DNA of 64,000 bases from the NCBI RefSeq assembly GCF_018977255.1, contig NW_024704743.1:43030001-43094000 (forward strand), given 5' to 3'. Of this stretch, positions 57,481 to 64,000 are shown piece after piece. Under the pieces are notes generated by a model, which searched no databases, was not told the DNA's origin, and was given only the letters and a program-made list of their open reading frames with translations. A program made the position numbers and the translations under genes. Positions within the stretch are counted from its first letter, which is position 1, and every line of letters begins with the position of its first letter. The stretch is from Callorhinchus milii. Taxonomy: Eukaryota.

Positions 57481-58760
57481 AATGAAGACAGTCCATTTAC
57501 ACTAGACGGGCCGCTTTCAGGCTGAAACCTTGTACTTGAAGTTAATTTTCTGCCTTTTTATTTTGTTCTGTTAATTATTTTATTCCAACTTCCAAAGATA
57601 TTTGCACTTAATATTATTTTGTGTGTATATTACTGTTTTATGTGCTGGGTATAAAGATGACTTGGTGACAGTATCTCTGTATTTTGTTGTGTCTTTTTTT
57701 GTTTGTTTTTGCTGTTTCCAATGCTCTCTTCATATGATGGGCAGGTTTTTCTTGCTCTGCAATGAGACTTTGAACAGCAAATACTTCTATTATACACTGA
57801 AGTGCTATATCTGTAAGCTCTTGGATATAATGTAAATTCTACATCTGTCATAAAATAATGAGCGCAAACCATTTCTGTATTAAATTATGGGAAATCCATT
57901 CAGATGGCTTTTATCAACCAGATTCTTGACTGACTGTACAAAGTCACCAGCATATTCCTGTGCCTTCCGACCAGAAGAAAGCGAGACTACAGCATAATAC
58001 TTGACCTTGGAATTGCCGTAGGAAACCTGTTATGTCATTCGTGTGCGTGTTTTTTTTCATTTAGATGGAACAATTTTCTGTTGTGTTGCAATATAAATGA
58101 TTTTGTTCACAATCAGCATTATATAGTTGGTTAATGAAGAAGCCTCGATTTCTCAGATCACTTTGCACCTGTAAAATCAAGAATGTGAATTAACGTGTCT
58201 GTTTTGTGATGTTTTAAAAAAAAAGGCGCAGCAAAATTCTGTGTATATAGAATTCCTGCATTGTTTTTAATTCAGGTCAGTTTTAAATGTGAGCAAGGGT
58301 CATCTGTCACATTTAACTGAACCATTGTAACAAAAATAAACTGCATGAGTGTACTGTTTACCTGCAGTGCAATACAATTTTTTTNCCATGTAAAGCTGAA
58401 GATTATATTTCACTAGCCTGAAGGTTTATCTAATCGTAATAAAAATCTATAATGTTTATGTTTGATCCTCTGGTGATGAAAGATTTCATGGAAACACAAG
58501 TAGATTAGACATTCAATGATGTGATTTTAATAGTTTCTGTAAAGGTGATTGAAACAATTAAAGTATTTCTGTGCCACGGTACCTTTACACTAATTATAAA
58601 GCATTCTTCTATTTTGTGTGTTGAAAACTGCTGATCAATTCTGTTATTTTCTAATGTTTGGTTGCAAATGTAATTTAACTATTCCTTTTCATCGATATAC
58701 TGAGTGTAGACTGTAGCTCAGTTGTCCAATAAAATTAATTCATCTGAACCAATAACGTAT
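57481..58760 (+). other. probable RELCH 3' UTR with candidate poly(A) signals
   Basis: U-rich, no recognisable repeats; AATAAA at 58335, 58438 and 58728; the end position is inferred. Confidence 0.6.
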
Positions 58761-59289
58761 CCAGTTTTACAAATATTCTTAGTGGATTTTGTTGAATCTT
58801 CCAGTTTTCATGTGTTGCTCCACCTACCGTACATTAGGTCTATCATTCAGCCTGAAGAAATCTATGGGACAATACTAATTTCATACTACTGAAAACCCCT
58901 CAATTTTTTTCCACTCCTGCTTTTGGCAGCTATTGCAGCTGATGATCCAAACAAACAAAAACTTCCTTTTCTGACTTCAGAATTGGCCCATTTGCACTTG
59001 TAATGCTTCTGCATCCTGTTGACTTGCTAGAAATTATTTTCAGGCTGTATCCATGTTCCCATTTGTAAGGGGGAGGGCGGGGGGATGGAATTTGAAGCCA
59101 ATGGTTTTGTACATTATAACAAGCTGTGAGTTACATTGTTCACCCAAAATCTACAATCAGTGAATTGCATTGATAAATTGTTCATTAGGATTAGAATAGA
59201 ACTGCAAAAGGAAGGCTATCTGGACCATTAAACCTTTGCTGGTGATAGCTCTGCCAATGGAAATAACTAATCCTAATTTCCTGCTCTTG

Positions 59290-59760
59290 TATGGCCCAAG
59301 CCAAGAGGTTGTGGGAAAGGCGGGCCATATTACAGAGGTGAGCAAAAGATGAATGGATTAAAGAACGGACGTGGAGTTTACGTTCAAATAAGACCCCAAA
59401 AATCTGAACGGGCTCTATGAGGTGAACTATGCATCCTTGGCTTGAGGTGAGAAGACTCTGTCGAGTCAAACAGGAGAGCCTCTGTCTTGTCTTATGTTTT
59501 GCTGAAAAAGGTTTTTAAAAAAGCATATCCAAGACGTGACGTTTGACATGCAATCAGTGAGAACAGCAGTGGTCCCAGAATCGAGAGTAGAGGCAGAGAG
59601 ACGGAGCTGGATAAGAATAAACCTTGCGTTTGGTATTGCACCTTTCATGTCAGGAGGATGGCTCAAACTGCTTCACAAGATACACTGTCAAGTGTAGTAA
59701 TCCAGATATAGGGCAGAGAGACACTCAGAACCACTTTGAGGAGCAGAAGATTGGAAAGAG
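59290..59760 (-). mobile_element. old L2 fragment with SINE tail at 59615-59700
   Basis: LIEPVQIFGVLF, TAVLTDCMSNVTSW on the minus strand. Confidence 0.65.
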
Positions 59761-60469
59761 AAAATGAGAGTCAATCAGAGCATTAGAAAGATATACAACA
59801 ATACACAGAGCTCCATTATCAAGAGTTTTCATATCCACAGTGATCCGCACAATTAGTGTAACTACTGGACTCTCAACTGTATGTAGGTGCCAGTTGTTTG
59901 GTTTACAATACAAAGTGATATTATTAAGAATATTTAAAAGAACCAGTTGTATATATTTTGAATAAATTGTACTTGTTAATATCTGCTTTGATGCCACAAT
60001 GATTTCATAAATTGCAACTGACACATTGCTTAGGGGAATTCCAAAAGGTGAGAAACATTCCCTGGAGGAAGTTGTAAACACTGAGAACTGCTTCAGTTGA
60101 ATTGCAGACCTTTGTAGAAGTACTAACATTGCACACTTGGGAGATGTTGATCGGTTGATCTACTGTATACAATGGATATCTTACTAAAAGTGCTTTTCAA
60201 TATCCAGTTTCTAACAGAGTGGTTAATTGCAAAATAATGTAAATAATACTCTGCACATAAGGAACACCAGCTTACTCCGAGGGTTTTGTTTAATCTGCTG
60301 GTTCCCTATGCAAAACAATGTTTGTTTCCTCCCTGCTCCACCTGCCCTTCACTGAATTCAATCTTACTAATCACAGTTAGTTTCTTCAATAGCTTTTCCC
60401 ATCTGGCATATTCATATGTGTGGTACTCACATCTCTATCTTTGATCCTCTCCTTTTTGCCAACTATTTG

Positions 60470-61045
60470 CTCCCACACTTGGTGACATTACCTGCAGGCA
60501 TAGGGTTTTGTTCCACATTGATTGACTCTGAACTCTTATCTCTCAGTCTCTGCCCTTGATTCCAGGACCACTGCTGTTCTGACCAGTAGATAAATGCTGG
60601 ATGAGCTCTAACTTTCTTTAGTTGAATGTCAACAAGACTCCTGTCAGCATCGATCTTCACGAATACTCACTCCACCTCGTAGAGCAATACTGTTTGTTCG
60701 ATTCTCAATTGTCCCTCAAGCTCCATATCCAGGCTCTTACTCAGCTTGCCCTCGAGTCTGCAACATCGCCCTTCCACATCCACGCCCTTCTCATTCATTG
60801 CAGCCCATCACCCTGCTCACTGGCTACCCCAGCTTCTCCTTACACAAGCTGCAGATCCTATCTTCCTGCCCCAGGCTTCGTGTGCTTAACATCCTTGTTC
60901 AACTCTACTACCTCCCCATCCTCAATGGAACGAATTCTTGATGGTTGACCTCATCTTCAAATCATGCCTGTGGTCACCTGCCCCATCCCTTTCCCCTGGT
61001 CAGTGTCCAAAAGCGTAAAGCACTCTGAGTCATTACCCTACATGA
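60470..61045 (+). mobile_element. old L2 fragment
   Basis: WMSSNFL.LNVNKT, FDSQLSLK.HI, degenerate tail. Confidence 0.65.
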
Positions 61046-61371
61046 AGGTCATAATGCAAATTGAACCGTTTCTCCTCCAACAGTCTCTTTAAGATGATTT
61101 GATACACAGCTCTCTCATTCTCTAACTCACAACACTCTCGTGGTGCTGAGCCCTGGTCTCACAGACAGCTTCAGCCAAAAGAACAGCAATCTCTTGTGCA
61201 GCTGGAACTGCAAGTAATATACACTGTTCACATCATCATATATCAGGCAATCTCAATCATTTAGAAATAATTTAATTTGCAAAATTCTAGACATATTTCT
61301 AAATGAACTTTGTTGATAAGATCTATTTTCTTTCAGCTATTGATCCTGTCACCCAGCCAGCCCTTTATAAC

Positions 61372-64000
61372 TACAACAACAACTTGGATTTATATAGCGC
61401 CCTCCAAGCCGGATGGTGTCTCAGAGCGCTTCACAATAACGGATCCCGGGGCCGAGCCAGGGGGAGGGAGAGGAAGGTGACCAAAGGCGTGGTCGAATCG
61501 AAAGGTCTTCAGCAGAGACCTGAAAATAGGAAGGGATGGAGTGAGGCAAAGGGAGTGAGGAAGGGAATCCCAGAGCCTCGGGGCATAGTGGCTGAAGGCA
61601 CGGCCGCCGAGGGTGGAGTGGAGGACTCGGGGGACGAGGAGGAGGCCAGACCCAGAGGAACGAAGGCGACGGGCACTATTTTGAGGAGAGAGGAGGTCAG
61701 AGAGGTAGGGGGTGCAGAGGAGTGCAGGGACTTGAATACAAGGGTGAGGATCTTGAGGTCGATCCTCTCTGGGATAGGCAGCCAGTGCAGTCTGGCAAGG
61801 GCTGGGGTAGTCGGGGAGCGGAGTTTCGTGCGGGTGACAATGCGTCGGAGGGGGAAGAAAGCGGTGCTGGTGAGGAACCAGATGTGGGGAAGGAAGGATA
61901 ATAGGGGGTCGAACCTGATGACTAGGTTGCGTACAGGTTCAGAGAGTTTTATGGCGAGGTCGGGTAGGTGGAGGAGGTGAGAACCATGAGATTTTAGATG
62001 TTGACGAGTTAAAGAGTATGGCTTCCGTCTTGTCAACGTTCAGCTGAAGGAAATTTGCGCTGATCCATCCCCTGAGATCCGACAGGCAGGCTGACAGAAC
62101 ATCAGGGGACTGGGGGTCGCAAAGAGAGGTGGAAAAATGGAGTTGGGTTTCATCTGTAGCTCAGTGGTTAGAGCACTCGCTTTGCAAGCGAGAGACCTGC
62201 GTTCAATTCCAGGCAGAGGGCGAAACCTTGGGCAAGTTTCCTTACTCCACACACAGCCTAATAATAATCCCTCCAAAACCAAAAAAAACAATAATAAATT
62301 GGTCATTTTCAATCTACGACTGTTTGTGGGACATTGCTGTGTGCAATTGGCTGCCGCGTTCGCCCACAAATATACAGTCAATTCACTTTACAGTGTGTTC
62401 TGTGAAGCGCTTTGGGACGTCCTCCTGACGTGAAAAGCGCTATATCAAATACAAGGATTATTATTATTATTATCTGCATGTCTGTGGATGACATCCCCAA
62501 GAGGGAGCATATAGATCAGAAAGAGGAGGGGGCCAAGGATGGATCCTTGGGGTACCCCGCAGGTGACCGGGTGAGAGCGGAACAAGAAGCCATTTGTGCA
62601 GATGTACTGCTGGTGGTTTGCGAGGTAGGACTCAAACCAGGCGGGTGCGGTCCCACTGAGGTGGATGACGGAGGAAAGGCGATGGAGGAGGATGGCATGA
62701 TCGATTGTGTCGAACGCGGCGGAGAGGTCCAGGAGAACAAGGAGGCAGAGGGAGCCCTAGTCACAGATAGAGAGGATGACTTTCACAAGCGCAGTCTCTG
62801 TACTGTGGGACGGACGGAAATCAGATTTGAGGGGTTCGAAGAGGGAGTGGGAGGAGAGGTGTGCGCGGAGTTGATGGGCAACAACGCCTTCTAGAACTTT
62901 TGAGAGGAAGGGCAGGTTAGAAATAGGGTGGTTGTGGCTGGGGTTTGAGGGATCTAGGGAGGGTTTTTTCAGGAGGGGGGTGATGACAGCAGTTTTGAGG
63001 GGGCAGAGTGATCTGGAGGGAGGGACTGGTTCATGACGTTAGCCAGTAGTGGGCAGAGGAGGGGGAGCTGGGTGGTGAAAAAAAGGATTTTAACGTTGTG
63101 TTTAGCCTCCAAGATGATGTTGGAGTAGAAAGCGTTTTTACGCGTGTCAAAGAATGATGGGAGCTGTAGAGATGCTCGAGCCACAGTTGCCGGTGAACTG
63201 TCAGGCCAGTTTTCCGCCATCTGCGCTCGAGCAGACGGGTTTGGGTATTTTGGCAGTGGAGATGGTTGTTGTACCAGGGGATTGGGTGGGTTTGGAGATG
63301 GTCCTGGATTTTAGGGGGACGAGAGAGTTGAAGGTGGAGGAGAGGCGATCATGGAGCAGCTGGACGCTGCTTCAGGATCTCCGTGGGTGGAAGGCCAGAG
63401 GGATAGGATGTTTGATGATGAGAGGGCCTTTGTGAGGGTCTCAGGGGATAGCCTTTTGCAAGGGCAGTCGAGGATGGTTGAGGACTTGGTGGAGGAGAGA
63501 GGGATGCGAGAGGAGAAGGAGATGAAAAAGTGGTACGAGATGGTCTTGTCCACTATGCTGAGGTCGGAAATGTCAAGGCCATGGGTGATGACAAGGTCAA
63601 GTGCATAACCACGGTTGTGGGTAGGTGGATTTATATGGAGGATAAGGTTTAGGGAGGAGAGGAGGCCAGTGAAATCGGCAGAAGTGGTGCAAGGGGAGTT
63701 CAGATGGAGGTTGAAATCGCCCATTATGAGCAGGCGTTCGGAGCAGAGGGACAGGGAAGAGAGGAGAGTAGAGATTTCTGTGTGAAAAGAGCCGGGGGCT
63801 TAGGGGAGCGGTAGACAAGGAGGATTTTCAAAGGGAGAGAGGAGTGGAAGAGGGTGAGGTGCTCGAAGGAGGGAAAGCAGCCAGAAGAGTAGGGGTTGAG
63901 ACCAAAGGAGGCTTTGGAAATGAAGGCCACCCCGCCGCCACGTTGGTTTGGACAGGGGGTGTGGTGGAAGATGTAGCCTGGAGGGGAGGCTTCCACTAGG
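61372..64000 (-). mobile_element. long L2 LINE (APE endonuclease plus RT remnants), defective, continues past the window end
   Basis: RGGGVAFI, LVYRSPK, MGDFNLHLN, PTHNRGYALDLVIT; RT pieces; LHWLPIPERIDLKIL; (CAA)n tail at 61372. Confidence 0.93.
62157..62471 (+). mobile_element. near full-length young tRNA-Ala-derived Deu-type SINE nested in L2
   Basis: A box TAGCTCAGTGG (62157), anticodon arm ctcgc-ttTGCaa-gcgag, B box GTTCAATTCC (62201), L2-like tail, (ATT)n, flanked by atctg repeats. Confidence 0.93.

Noticed and set aside
62157..62230. tRNA-Ala gene
   Set aside because: It has D, anticodon and T arm-like parts but no acceptor stem, and continues into the SINE body seen in many copies.
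4673..62471. Recurring peptide [23 protein letters not shown] as a small gene family
   Set aside because: It is a translation of the repeated non-coding SINE body.
1..64000. Most ORFs in the six-frame track as independent genes
   Set aside because: They are either RELCH exons running into introns, broken L2/CR1/SINE frames, or short AT-rich chance ORFs.
61372..64000. Active autonomous LINE
   Set aside because: Frameshifts, large internal deletions, the SDH motif changed to SYH, and a SINE inserted at the YADD region.

Overview
Vertebrate genomic DNA, AT-rich and repeat-dense. The repeat set (L2, CR1, Deu-type tRNA SINEs, Penelope-like pieces) suggests a cartilaginous fish, possibly a chimaera; this is inference. 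One protein-coding gene spans most of the window on the + strand: RELCH (KIAA1468; RAB11-binding, LisH, coiled-coil and HEAT-repeat protein). Coding exons 2-29 run from 4141 to the stop at 57480, and exon 1 lies upstream of the window. The 28-exon path sums to 3158 nt with consistent intron phases. The most notable features are in splicing: a pair of 83-nt mutually exclusive exons with long AG-free upstream zones, a 24-nt in-frame microexon with neural-type motifs, and a U12-type (minor spliceosome) intron. Introns and the 3' flank hold many retroelements, including a young tRNA-Ala SINE that shares its 3' stem-loop tail with L2, hAT-type MITEs, a decayed Penelope-type hammerhead motif and ancient SINE relics. 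I found no prokaryotic features and no convincingly new biological system. Family names and human comparisons come from memory, not from database searches. Exon numbers assume a single upstream exon 1.
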